From assembly GCA_039906565.1 (NCBI GenBank), contig CM078459.1:18723066-18787065 (forward strand): a stretch of DNA of 64,000 nt, given 5' to 3'. This document shows, in pieces, positions 12,635 through 24,469 of the stretch; within the stretch, counting starts at the first letter, position 1, and every line of letters begins with the position of its first letter. The DNA comes from Aegotheles albertisi. Taxonomy: Eukaryota. The notes under the pieces are model-generated. The model saw only the letters and a program-made list of their open reading frames with translations. It was not told where the DNA came from and did not search any database. Both the position numbers and the translations under genes were made by a program.

Positions 12635-13733
12635 GTAAGCCTCTCGATACCTGATGCTTTCTGTGTTCCATTGTCAAGCATGGTGTTACTTGTGGTTTGT
12701 ATTATGTTGTGTGTTTTGTTTACACTTGGCTCATACAAATTCTTTAATGATGTCTGTATTTCACTTTATCTTCCTTTGAGCTAGCATTGTTTCTCTTTTG
12801 TCCTCCTTCAGCTTAGCTTGGGGAATGCTTTCTCACAAGCTTTCTCCAAGATGGGTCCTAAGTTCCTGTGTCTACCTTCTCTTTGACTCTTAGTTATTAC
12901 AGTCCTCCTCAAGAGTGTTTGACGTTGGCTCCTGGAGAATGCTTTTCTCGCAGTTCCCTTGACTTCCTGAGTCTTCTCCCAGGGCATTGTCTTATGTTAA
13001 CTGGCAATAACAATTAGGTTCTTCAGCTTGTCAGGTTCTCCCTGGACTGTATTAATAGGAGTGTAGCTAACGAGAAGTGATCCTTCCTGTCTGTTACATT
13101 CTTGTGAAGCTGAATCTGGAGTACTGTGTCCGGCTTTAGACCTTGCAGTACTGAAAGTCACTATCATACTGGAGCAAGTCTGGCAGAGGCTACTGAACTG
13201 ATGTCCAGGAGGTGCTTGGGGATAAGGCTGAAGGCGTTAGAAACAAGTTGGAAATGGAAATTCCATTCAGATAATGGGGGGAGGGAGACAGTAGGTAGAT
13301 TCATCCCCCAGCATAATTGAGATGCTCAACTTCAGAGTGTTCAGTGTCCACAGTATACCTAGAAAATCCGTATGATTAGTTATGCTTAGGAAGAGTGGGG
13401 GCAAGGGTAGGAGTGTTATGTGGAAGTAATTGTGGTAGCATGTAGCTGTGATCAAGGTGAAGTAAAACTCGGAGCTGGGGCACAACTGTCTAAAATAGCA
13501 TAGTCCTGAATCTAAGAATTTTAATGGTTGTTTTGTAATACTGGAATAGGCATACGGGCTGGCCGTGTGCACATAGTCACTGTGTTTGCATCTGTTTGTC
13601 ACATCAGGAAGAATTTTTGCCTTTGCAGTACCCTTACAATACATGTAATTTCTCTTTACTGTGTTTTTACTACATATGTATAAGTATTTAACTAATCTAA
13701 TTCATTAAACTTCTCTGCTAAAACAATAAACAG

Positions 13734-13811
13734 AATTGCCCACGAAATACCAAGCTGATGAACAGAGAAAGAAACTCCTCAAGAAGGAAATACCTTTTCA
13801 ACAAAAAGCTG
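13734..13811 (+). CDS. RNF17: RNF17 exon (-LPTKYQADEQRKKLLKKEIPFQQKA-)
   Basis: aataaacag|aa acceptor, gctg|gttagt donor; phase 1->1. Confidence 0.5.
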
Positions 13812-16387
13812 GTTAGTGGTTTTCCTATCTGGTAAATGGTTTCGTTTACTAGAAGGTACCCGTCCTCTAAACAGTGAAAGTAGACACTGAAATTTGTTGG
13901 AGAGTTGGACACATGTTAGCATTCTAGTTTCCAGTTAAGATCAGAAATGTACTAGGAAAGAGAGATCCTGACTGTCCCTAGTTAGCATGTGTTTGCTCAC
14001 ATACAACAGCAGTCTTGGGGCACGTTTATTGCTTTCATTCCAATTAAAACTAGTCTGGGAGAGATGTCCTTCTTAGCACCAGCAATTTTGCTCCTGCAAA
14101 AACTCTGCCTGGTCTGCTCTCCTTGCTAATATAAATGCTATACCATCTTTTAAGATTTACCATAAAACCACTTAGTTGGAAGATGCAGTACAGGAAGTCC
14201 CAAGCAACTTCCAGAAATTAAGCATTGGCATTGTTTCTCAACACCTGGCAGGTATTTAACATAATGATAGCAGTGCTTGCTGTGAACAGTGGGACCCGTT
14301 TCTTGGGTCAGTAGTTTATATACTGAATTTTGAAACGTCTTGTTCTCTCTCCATCTGTGTGTGGTTTTCAGAATTACGAGTGAGCAGATAAATACACAAA
14401 ACAGAATAATTTGAGGAAATAAGTTACTTTGTTCAAAAATTCTACAGACACAGTTTGTGTGATGGTTTGAGCTTTGTCCATTGTTGAGTGTAAACAGTTA
14501 TAAAAATGAAGAGTAGAGATCATGGTATTGGGAAAGAAACTAACATAGGAAATAGAGGAAGAAGCAGATGTGGAAAAACTGCAAAAAGATGGACACAAAA
14601 TAATATTAGCAAAGAGAAAAAATTATATTTTTTTTGTTTTGTTTGTTGGTGTTTTCTTTGTTTTTTTTTTTTAATCTCAGAGCCATGCAAATGTGCTCTC
14701 CCCTGACAATGTCTTGTCTAGTAACCAGTGATTCACTGGTTGCTCTAAATGTGACTTAACAGAGTATTAGGAAATTTGAGCATTTTGAGTCCATAACAAA
14801 TTCTGTAGAAATAAGTAGTTAACAGAGAAATTGTCTTGATGCCCATACTGAAGTTGTTAGTGTAGTATGTGCTTACCCTTTATTAGACATCAAAGAATTC
14901 ACATGGAGAGAGAAACAATTGTGTGATTGAGCCTTTCCAGACACTTAAGTTTGAGTATCTCTCATGAATACACTAGCAGAAAAAGATCTTGAGAGATAAC
15001 ATGATCATAGAGTTACTTGATGTGATTGTTTTTATCAGTAGTATGCTAAAATATGTATTTTGTGCAATACTGAATCTTTTTGGATTATGAAAAGCATAAT
15101 TTGAAATTTGATATAATGAGTTTTTCATTCTCTCCTGCTGGTCGGGTTAGTTATCAGACAAATAATAGTTGATAAATTTTTAAAATCCTTTTTACGCAGC
15201 TGGGTTTTCTTGGGATTTTTTGATTGCATTTAGTTCAAGAAACATTCTCAAACAGTTCAAAGACATCTCTTTTGGATCGATCTGGCTTTAGTGATCCAGA
15301 ACCGTCCCAGCTCCTGTTACTGGTTTTGGCTGGAGGCAGCCTCCACTGAGCTAGTGAAGTGGCTGCTAATACATGCTTTTCCTGGTCAACTTAAGACAGG
15401 CTAGCTGCCTCGACACATCATGGTCGCCAGTGGTGATCCAGGAGAGTCAGTGTACCCATAGGTGAAATCTTTCAAGTTGTTCAGACTTCATACTCGGATA
15501 CCATGTTTTACACTGAAATGCCCAAGAGTAATCTTGCATCTGTTCTGGACACTGCATTTGCTAAACTTCCAAGCACAGTCCTATGTACATGCTCAGAATG
15601 TTTCAGGTGCCAGATTCTTTATATCATCTTTTGCCCACTATCAGTTATAGTTCAGAGATGGGCATAGAGATGGCAGCACTCCTCGGATGCTGCAAATCTA
15701 TTTGCTGTGCCCTGGTTGGGCATGCAAGTGGCACTGGATATAGATGATGCTATCCACTCTTTGCAGGAAGTTTTGTGGTGTAAAACACTCCTGTAGCAAT
15801 TGAGTTGCTGTGCTTCTAAAATCCTCTGGCCCATCCACCACCTTTGGTGAGTAGCTTCAGAAAGAGAAACTTTCATTTTTTTAATCCGAAACAAAGGAGG
15901 TACCTACAGTATGAAGGATTTGGATGCAGAAGTACTGTCTTATATAGTGTCGTCTCTTGGGTAGCTTTAGGCCATTTCTTGGTCTTCATGCGTTGTCACT
16001 GAAGAACTACAAAAGTGCTTAGCATACCTGTTCTTGGAGGTAGGAGTCTTAATCTCTCTAATTTGCTTTCTAGAAGCTTCTTATTTCTCTGTTAAATAGA
16101 GAGAATACAAACCTTGGATTACATACTTAAATTCAGACAACACTTTGTAAGCAGTCAGCCAGCCTTCTGTTTTGCAGAGTAGTTTAAGGGAGGTAGTTCA
16201 AAACACGAGACTGAATCAGAAAGCAAACATGGTAACTAGTTTGAAACAAGTGTGGGCAAACTGGTCAGATGAAAAGCCATTTGAGTTAATGTAATGTTTA
16301 GTGCAACATAAACCTGATCACGTGTCTAATAACGTCAGTTGAAGTCACTTGGAGAGTGTTTGATAGTCTATTTTATGTCTTACTCAG

Positions 16388-16549
16388 GTTCATCAGAACT
16401 GGTGTTTGTAAGCCACGTTATAAATCCATGCCACTTCTATATTCGGAGATGCTCACAGCAGAAAGAAGCAAGGGTTTTGGAGAAGAAATTGGAAGCCTTT
16501 TCTTGTAATAAGAGTTCGTGTCTCTTGCCTTCAGATGTTTTGGAACTAG
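16388..16549 (+). CDS. RNF17: RNF17 exon, N-terminal extension of Tudor domain A ([37 protein letters not shown]...PSDVLEL)
   Basis: tactcag|gtt acceptor, ctag|gtgaat donor; canonical extended-Tudor 'hVSHV.sP..FYv' motif; in ORF 16339..16707 frame; phase 1->1. Confidence 0.75.
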
Positions 16550-17408
16550 GTGAATTATTAATTTCCAGTGGTCTACATTATCTTAAAAATACCATCTTGC
16601 AGTATGTCTTCCGTAGTATAATCTTTTTTTTGTCTTCTCCTCGCTTCCCCCCACACACACCTTTACATAGCAGAGTAGTCCATATATGTTCTGCAGTCTA
16701 TAATTAATGCGTTTGAGGAAACATTGTACACTTTGATTGGTAAAGTAGAGTTTTATTAAATTATATAAACGCAAATGGCAGAAGAAAGACAGACTGCATT
16801 TCTCTCAGCCTCAACAATTGAGTGCTTAGAGTACCCAGCAGTTGAAACACCTGGCTGTAATCTTAATGTTTTCCAGCATTAGGTAGTAATTGTTAACTGA
16901 TAGTTCTTTTTCCATATATGGATTTTAATGACTAGCCCAGTTCTTTACTTCAGTAAATCATCTTTCTCTACGCAAGCAATGTTTCTTTTGAGTGGATTTT
17001 TCTTTTTTAAAGTTCACTAACTGACTAGAAACCATTCTGGAAGTAAAACCAAAAGATAATAATGCATTGCTAAATCATTGAAAGTATTTTCTACATTAAC
17101 ACACATTGACAATGTTACTCAATTCTAGAAGGTTTTTAGAAAAGTGATAAGAAGCATCTTAATACAAGCCAAATACCACCTAACCTTACAGACACTGTGT
17201 AAATGAATGTGTGGAGAAAACTTCGGGTGCTTGTCAAGACAAGGTTTTTTAATGTCTTTGTGTCTTTATTTTAGCAGTAGGCTTTTACTACCTGTGTGGA
17301 AGATAAGCACCAATAAAACATTATGCAGAACTGTAATAATACATCTGGTGTGAGATACCTACAAATGCTGAATTTAGTCTTTCTGGTTTTTTATTCACTT
17401 CTGTATAG

Positions 17409-17598
17409 GTGCTAGAACCTTTGTTAAGAATAAGGAAACTGGAAAGTGGTGCCGTGGAACTATCACTGAACTAATTCCCCTAAAAAGTGAAAATGAAAGG
17501 AAGCCTTGTGGTCCAGTGAGATACAAAGTTTGTGATGTTGGACTGCTGGAAGTATTCTTGATTGATTTTGGGAGCTCTGTAGTTCTCATTTTCTCAGG
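17409..17598 (+). CDS. RNF17: RNF17 exon, Tudor domain A core (GARTFVKNKETGKWCRGTITE...VRYKVCDVGLLEVFLIDFGSSVVLIFS)
   Basis: ctgtatag|gt acceptor, gg|gtatgt donor; Tudor core pattern G..C.A...dG.W.RG.I ... V.fIDfG; phase 1->2. Confidence 0.8.
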
Positions 17599-18030
17599 GT
17601 ATGTTTACAGAGAGAGGTTTTTGTCTGCAGTTGTCCTTGCCTACTGTTAGGAGGATATCCACTAAGAAACAAGTCCTCCATCAGGTTCGCACAAGCGAAG
17701 ATAACCAGACACACAAATGACACTGATGTTCTGTATGTACGTATTTCCCACAGGAGAAGTGGCAGTATGTGGAAGTACACAAGTGTACAAGCCTTCACAC
17801 ATGGAAATGTTTAACTTAGATTTGCATTGCAAAAGAGAACATGAGTCCTCAGTGTTGGGGAGGGAAGCTTTTCATTGAGACTCTCTTGTTTCAATGACAT
17901 GACATTATGCAAATTATTGCACTAATGACACTTATTTTAAGTCTGGGGGTTGATTTGTGGTTTTTTTGGTGTTCGGGGGGTTTTTTCTTTTCTTTTAAGC
18001 TAGTACTGCATTTATTCCCATTGACAATAG

Positions 18031-18196
18031 ATATGCTCCTGTGAAAAGGCCTGAACCTGCTACTCTGCAAACTGTTGAAATAGATGACATTGATTTGTTT
18101 GTAAGGAAGCCTGATCAGCGTATTCAGGCAGAACTGGCAGCTGTTCCTCCTTTAGCAGTTCGGTGTTCATTGAAGGACATTGTTCCCAGAAATGCA
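18031..18196 (+). CDS. RNF17: RNF17 exon, Tudor A C-terminal part (YAPVKRPEPATLQTVEIDDIDLFVRKPDQRIQAELAAVPPLAVRCSLKDIVPRNA)
   Basis: gacaatag|a acceptor, gca|gtaagt donor; in ORF 18041.. frame; 'lP.qA..C.L..I.P' Tudor motif; phase 2->0. Confidence 0.7.
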
Positions 18197-19537
18197 GTAA
18201 GTCAAAACCATTTGTACTATTTCAGAAGATGTTTTTTCTTCCTAAGATTTATACTAAAGAACTTAAGTACATAATTTACAATTGTCTTATTTCAGCATAA
18301 ACAGAAGGAAGCTTGAGAGGAGTACAGGACATATTTTATTTAAAAAAAAAAGTTGAATCGTCTTTTGTAAAAGGATGGGTTGCATTGCTTTAATTGAAAA
18401 AGAAATGATATTATAGCAGTTTGTCTTAGCCTCTGGGTTTACAAATACATATTTCAGATTTAAATCTCACTACTTTTTACCCTAGATGTGTTCTTTTGTC
18501 AAATTTAAAAACAAATTTTAGAACTGATATTTCGTGGCTGGCTGGTAACTTCATGCAAGTAGTAATTTTCAAAAATCATCCAAACAGAATAAACGGCTTC
18601 CAAGTTTTTGGGAGAGTCTTTTCAGGGATTATCTTAAATTACTTACTTTTTTTAGGCCACATATTGAAAAGTGTTACTTGTTCTCTTTCAGTATAACAAC
18701 AAATAAAGTACTGTCAGCCTTTATTTTCTTAGAATAAGGACATATATTGCAGTATTATTTTCTTCAACTTGCACTTTCTTATTACACTTGCTTTATTTTT
18801 GCAACATTCACATGGGAATGAACTATGTCCAATGCAGCTGTGCATTTCTGACAGTATAGCTACTGACTGGTTTTGGATTTTCTTACCAGTAGGATGTTGT
18901 CTGTGATAGTTTTAAATAGGAAAGATCCAAAACAATTTTCACAGGTGTGTAAAATAGCTTCCTTGCGTGTGCTCTCATTTTTTTCACAACTAAAAAGCAC
19001 AGATTTGGAGTATCAAGTGAGATTAATTAGGTTCAAGAGAAATAAATTCAGACAGGCTTTTTCTAAGCAGTTAAAAATACCAAGAAGGATGTAGTAGAGA
19101 AAAGAAACGCATGAAGTGACCAAACTACGTTGTACATGTGTATAAAAACACAAAAAGATAAGAATAAACTTTAAATTAATTGGGAGAGCAGAATTGTAAG
19201 TCATGAGGTGAAGCAGCATCTGACAATTCTGGTTTATCTATCGGAAGAATCACTGGGGTTGAAATCTTGAATCTTTAAAAGAAACATGGTGGAAACTGCA
19301 GCCTTTTGATCCGAGTCCATTTTACACAGTTAAAAACACTTACAAATCCATCATAGAAAAATACTCGCTAGTGCTGTCGTGGCTATGGACTCGACAGTCT
19401 AACAGTGTGTTCAGTATCTCATGTGTTGAGATGCATCTGTGCTCCCTTCCTTGCTTCTGTTTTCTTTATTTTTAATTACTATTTGTAATTTTGTTTTAAT
19501 GTCCTCTGACATCTTAACTTCTTTCTTCCTAACACAG

Positions 19538-19728
19538 AGTGAAGGTTGGGGAGAGGAAGCAAAGACAAAATTTTTAGGAATGGTAAATAATAAAGTTGTT
19601 TTAATGACCGTATTTAGAGAAGAGGATGGTATTCTCATTGTGGATTTGAGAAAACCTCCATTTAATAAAATAAGCAGTAACATGCCAGTGTCTCTCAAGG
19701 ATGCATTAGTTTTTTTAGACTTGGCAAG
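19538..19728 (+). CDS. RNF17: RNF17 exon, Tudor A distal ([41 protein letters not shown]...[15 protein letters not shown])
   Basis: aacacag|agt acceptor, ag|gtatgt donor; in ORF 19439..19795 frame; 'PVSL.DALVF.ELAR' resembles mammalian RNF17. Confidence 0.75.
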
Positions 19729-20771
19729 GTATGTGTTTTACTTTAATTTATGCTCTTATGCCATAAATGATAACAGCATAATACTTACAAAGTGAAGTTT
19801 ACCAAGCAAGTTGTTTCTGCAGTGTTTGATATATTGATGCATGATGCATTAATCTCCAGCAATGTCTGCTGATGTCCTTTTTCTGCCTTCACTAGTAAGC
19901 ACTTTGGCATATTCATTTGCACTGGTCAGGGCTTTATTTGCATAATGAAATTTATTTCAGAAAATGGCAAAATTTACATTTCTGTACAAGTTTGACTAAT
20001 GGGGATGAAAGGAGAAGCCCTTAGTGTCTGCCATGGACAGAAAAACATGCAGAAATCAGCCTTTCATTTGTTTCATTTGGCTGGTAGGCAGTGACGGGCA
20101 CATCTCAACCAGCCACATGACGTGATGCTTATAACACAACGAGTAGTGGAAACAATGGTAGGGCATAAGGGGGAGCTTGATGCTGGCGTTAGGACAGAGG
20201 AGAGCTGCTTTGGAAGGAGCACTGGAAGAGTCAGGAGATACTGAACCTGAGCAGTTTGATGTTTGGATATAGGGGTATGCATGCAAATCTGTAAGAAATT
20301 CTAGTTCATTTTGCTGCGTGCAGAGAAAGGTCTTTGTTTATATTGAGCATTTCTAGTCATGGTGGCAAGAACAGTGGGAGATAATTTTTACTGCATCTGT
20401 GGTCCTTAGGTAATTGCTTTTTCTCATAAGTGAGGAAAAGGAGATGTAAAAGAAAATGGTTTTGTCAATGTAGTGGATTCTAGCCCTTTTTTTAAAAAAA
20501 AATGTTTTTAAAGTGTATGCTACTGCATCCCAAATAACGAAGTCTTTTTAGGAGCCAGCTGCAATATATCATTCTTGATATATTTTTCACAAAAGAAGCA
20601 TTAGAGAGAATTGACTGCCTGAACTGCAAGATAGAAAGTTCAGGCTATTCATACAAACATGAATCAAGTTACTTTTATAAGACCACTTCGCACTTCTCAT
20701 GGGAAGCTTAACATTTGAATATAAAAGGGTTCCTTCTCACTTAATTTTAACAGAAATTTTGTTTACCTTAG

Positions 20772-20910
20772 GATTCGATCACAGTTTCCCAGTCAGTTAG
20801 AAATTAATACTCTCGTGCGGTATAATCCACCTGAAATTCCACAAGAAACAGAAGAATTCTTAGTTGTAGTTCATCAGATTGATAGTCCAAGTGATTTCTA
20901 TCTCCAGATG
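20772..20910 (+). CDS. RNF17: RNF17 exon, Tudor B N-terminal extension (-IRSQFPSQLEINTLVRYNPPEIPQETEEFLVVVHQIDSPSDFYLQM)
   Basis: ccttag|g acceptor, atg|gtaagt donor; 'VVVHqidSPsDFYLQ' extended-Tudor motif; phase 2->0. Confidence 0.75.
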
Positions 20911-21004
20911 GTAAGTTTAGAAATAGTGTCTATTTAAATAAAACTCTGCACAAACATTTTAATGTTGAGCTACTTGTAGTCCACATTAAATAAGCTACAA
21001 TGTC

Positions 21005-21100
21005 CATCCAGTTTTAGGATTCCTAGAATTACTAGATTAGTCTAATTCCTACAATCCTAGGTTAATCCTAGATTAATTCCAGGAATTCCTAGAATTCTAG
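21005..21100. repeat. Degenerate tandem repeat built on 'ATTCCTAGRATT' / CCTAG(G) units
   Basis: ggattcctagaattactagattagtctaattcctacaatcctaggttaatcctagattaattccaggaattcctagaattctagg, at least 7 CCTAG-like units. Confidence 0.6.
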
Positions 21101-21395
21101 GAAGCTAACTTTTTTTTTCAGTTTTGTTATATGGTTAATTCCTGTGTGGATATGTAGTGTTTTACTGTTTAAAGAGGTGATGGAACAAGGCAATACTCAA
21201 CAACTGTTAGTCTCTTTAATTCACTTTACGTGTTCATAACCACTGTTCAGTTTGGAGGGGGGAGGCTAGGAAGTACACTACTAGGAAAAACGTGCCTTAA
21301 AAGAGCAGAACTACCATTAAAAAAAAAAACAAAACAAAAGCACACACACCAAGTGGCCAGGTTTGTTTATGTATGTTTTGTTTTCCTTATTTTAG

Positions 21396-21491
21396 AGAGA
21401 GAGCCTGGATTCTTTATATCATCTAAGTAAAGTTCAGGAGATACGTGAACATGAGCATGTGAAAAACTTGCAAATTGTCTGCCCAGCTGAA
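21396..21491 (+). CDS. RNF17: RNF17 exon (RESLDSLYHLSKVQEIREHEHVKNLQIVCPAE)
   Basis: ttttag|aga acceptor, gaa|gtaagc donor; 96 nt, phase 0-0; the only start position free of stops. Confidence 0.55.
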
Positions 21492-21904
21492 GTAAGCCAA
21501 ATTAATTCTTATGTTCCTCCATTTTCAAATTATGTTCTAATAATGGTCTTTTTTTAGATGCCATAAAACAAACAAAAATATTATTTTTAAGTTTGGCATT
21601 TTCCTAACTTCAGGTATTGTGGGAGTTTCCCCCCTTCTGACAAGGACAAAAACTGATTGGGAAAGACAATGGCAAAGTATTTCTGTCAAATAAAAAAACC
21701 GCACATAAGTAAAAAGTAATTCTTTTTCTTCAGCTGTTCATTTGACATTTCTGGTTACCAACCATAATTGTACTGAACTTTAAAACTCCATATGCTGATA
21801 GAGGGTTTTTTAACCAGTTGTAGGCACCAGAAGTGGTGATTGTTGTAGCTAAGGTTGTCCAGCATCTTTTTCTGAAAGTAGGATTTAATTGTGTATATTT
21901 TCAG

Positions 21905-22039
21905 CAAATGTTTCTGGGGAAAGTTTCAGCCAAAATAATTGCACCTTTTTTGACAGCGAAGGAGAGGATTCTGAAAATGGCAAAATGTTCTTATAGTTGC
22001 AATGTCTTAATACTTCAGATCAGAGCGGCTACTGAACAA
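21905..22039 (+). CDS. RNF17: tentative RNF17 exon (QMFLGKVSAKIIAPFLTAKERILKMAKCSYSCNVLILQIRAATEQ); possibly a degenerate Tudor B core
   Basis: ttttcag|caa acceptor, caa|gtgtgt donor, 135 nt, phase 0-0, inside 88-aa ORF 21833..22099. No canonical Tudor-core signature, so weak. Confidence 0.25.
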
Positions 22040-23521
22040 GTGTGTTGCGATTTTTTGAGGTGTGTTATCCCATCATTCCAACTGATTGCTTGCAATTGAC
22101 CAAATATAAATTCTCAGAAAAATCCACTAAGAGTTTGTCAGCTCTTGAGCACATACTACTAGGCCTCCTCATTTTGATCATAGTGGGGAAGGGGCTAAAG
22201 AGTTATGGATACAGAGGGATATATGACCACGAGACAATGGTCTAAAAAAACTTGAACCGATCAGTTGTTCTCAGATTTCAGCATTCTTATGCCGTATAAA
22301 GGTTACAGTACACTAGCAAGGTGTTTACACTTTTAGTTTGTGTAAGAAATAACCTCTTGTTGCTATTAATGCAAGTAATAGATCAGAAGGCTTGAGTCCA
22401 CTTACATGTTGCGGTTGGTTTCAGATCTTTTCCATTTAAAAAAAAAAAGGATTTAAAAGTTCTTTGAAACATGAATGAATGCAAAATTGCAAAATCAAGC
22501 ATTCAGAAGGTAAGGGTATCGGAACTGTGGTTGCTTGTGCAGGTCTGTCCTGTTGCATGCAAGCATCTTCACACGTGACTGCATAATTGCATTGCCTCAG
22601 GTCTGAATTGATTGTTTAAGAGGTTTGAATTGGCTGTTACAAGAGAAGTTGGATTTATTTTTTTTCAGCCTGTTGATAAAGTTCACAGGCATTTTAATGA
22701 ACTCAGGTGGTAGAGAAATCTTGGCCGAGACTAGAACGAGCAGTGCTTAATGTACTGTTGGTTTTGTCATCCATAGCTGTTTCTTTAATGGTTATTTAAC
22801 CTGTCACTCTTATTTTCATATTCCTGACTGCCTGTATCTTAAGAATATCTGCACAAAGTGTTCTTAGTTCTTTTGTCTTTCTTTCCTTTCTCTGCCTTTT
22901 ACCCCCACCTGTGTTACTCTGCTTTCTTTTGGGGCAATAAACAAGGGGTGAACAATAACATTCACAGTTAATTTAAAATTGCGCCATAGTGTAGCCACCA
23001 AAGTTTGCAGTAAAGATGCTAAACAAAAATGTTTTTAATCAAAGTATTCGGTTCATCTGATTTCCTGTGCAGATCTTTATTTTTTTTGTCTCCTAATTAA
23101 TAGCTTTCTACCTAATTAACACCTCTGTCCTTCAGATTTCTAAAATGGTATAGCCATGTTAATCTTGGATGCTTTGAGTCTGAGTTATTGCATCATGATA
23201 AGCAAAACAGGATGTAGGCCTTTTTTATCACCACTCTGCATTAGTATTTCCTGATTTCTGCAGCCACTTCTAGGCCAAACCATAAAGGGGAGGCAAGAAG
23301 CAATAAGCTCTTTCTATTTTAGCAAGAATGTAACTGAATTTGAGGTTCATGCTCAGCTGCCAGCGGAGAGGGGGGATCATCTTAAATCAAATACTGGTAA
23401 TGTCGGGCCAAGGTCAGGCTCTCTTGCTGTCCTGCATGAGTGCAAAGCAAAGACTGTGATTTGGCTGTAATGAGAAGCTCTTGATATGTGATGGAGGTAC
23501 ATAATTTGAGTTATTCTTTAG

Positions 23522-23642
23522 GCAATCAGGTGCAGGCTGGCTTGCATTGAGCCTTATGAAGGGGCAAAGGAGTGGAGCGGAAAAGCAAAGAGAAGATTTG
23601 AAGAAATAACTGCAGATAAATTTATGCTGTGTTCAGTTGTTG
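23522..23642 (+). CDS. RNF17: RNF17 exon (AIRCRLACIEPYEGAKEWSGKAKRRFEEITADKFMLCSVV-)
   Basis: tctttag|gca acceptor, g|gtaagt donor; Tudor-flanking pattern (P..A..C.L..I.P.....W...A); phase 0->1. Confidence 0.6.
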
Positions 23643-24354
23643 GTAAGTTATCAAGAGTATATTAACTTATATTTAAATATTATTAATGCAAATGTAGAAA
23701 CATGCACTTTCATATTTTAAATAGTATTTATTTGAAATGCTTATGTTGTGGTACGTAGCCTGGGGTGAGAATATCTAAACATGAACTAGTTGGGGGAGAC
23801 ATAACAGATACAATTTCTGACAAAAGCTCCGCTTGTCTTCTCTTACTGACCACAGCAGCACTACATGATGTAAATATCCTGGTTTATTAAGATGGGCTTG
23901 CTTCCAAAACTACTAGCTATCTTTGACTCTTCCTGATTTCACTGGTAGCTGGGAGTGGGACTGCTGCCACTGTAAAACGTCACCAAAAAGAATAAATCGG
24001 ATAACACACACATGCCTTAGTAGAATTTTTCTCAGTACCATTTATTTATTGTTAATATGCAGCTAGTTATTTTTCCACACGTCTGGAATGCTGATTTGGA
24101 ACCTATGTAATAAATGAAATTGCATGTAGCAGCTGGTTTCTTTGTACAAAAATATTTTGCAATTGTTGGTGTATTTTAAGTTAATTTTACAGATATGCGC
24201 AAAGCTAAGCATCTACATATTGTTGATGTTCAGAAATAATTATTTTATAAATTTTACGAAATTCTGTCTCTTAGTACCATTTGCCGTGTCTCTAAAACCA
24301 GTCTTTATACTGTCATTGATGGGCACCAATTATGTTTATGTTATTTATTCACAG

Positions 24355-24469
24355 AAATTTTAGATAACATGTTATCTGTTGAACTCTTTGACTCCTCTGC
24401 TGTTCATGGAAGAAGACTTAGCATTAATTGCCAGCTAGTTGAAGAGCACCTAGCATCCTACATACATAG
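24355..24469 (+). CDS. RNF17: RNF17 exon (-ILDNMLSVELFDSSAVHGRRLSINCQLVEEHLASYIH-)
   Basis: tcacag|aa acceptor, ag|gtaatt donor; phase 1->2. Confidence 0.6.

Noticed and set aside
22640-22710. Small splice-flanked ORFs in the Tudor-B gap (22667-22704 PVDKVHRHFNEL; 23339-23398 KNVTEFEVHAQLPAERGDHLKSNT)
   Set aside because: Wrong phase relative to flanking exons (need 0->0) and no Tudor signature.
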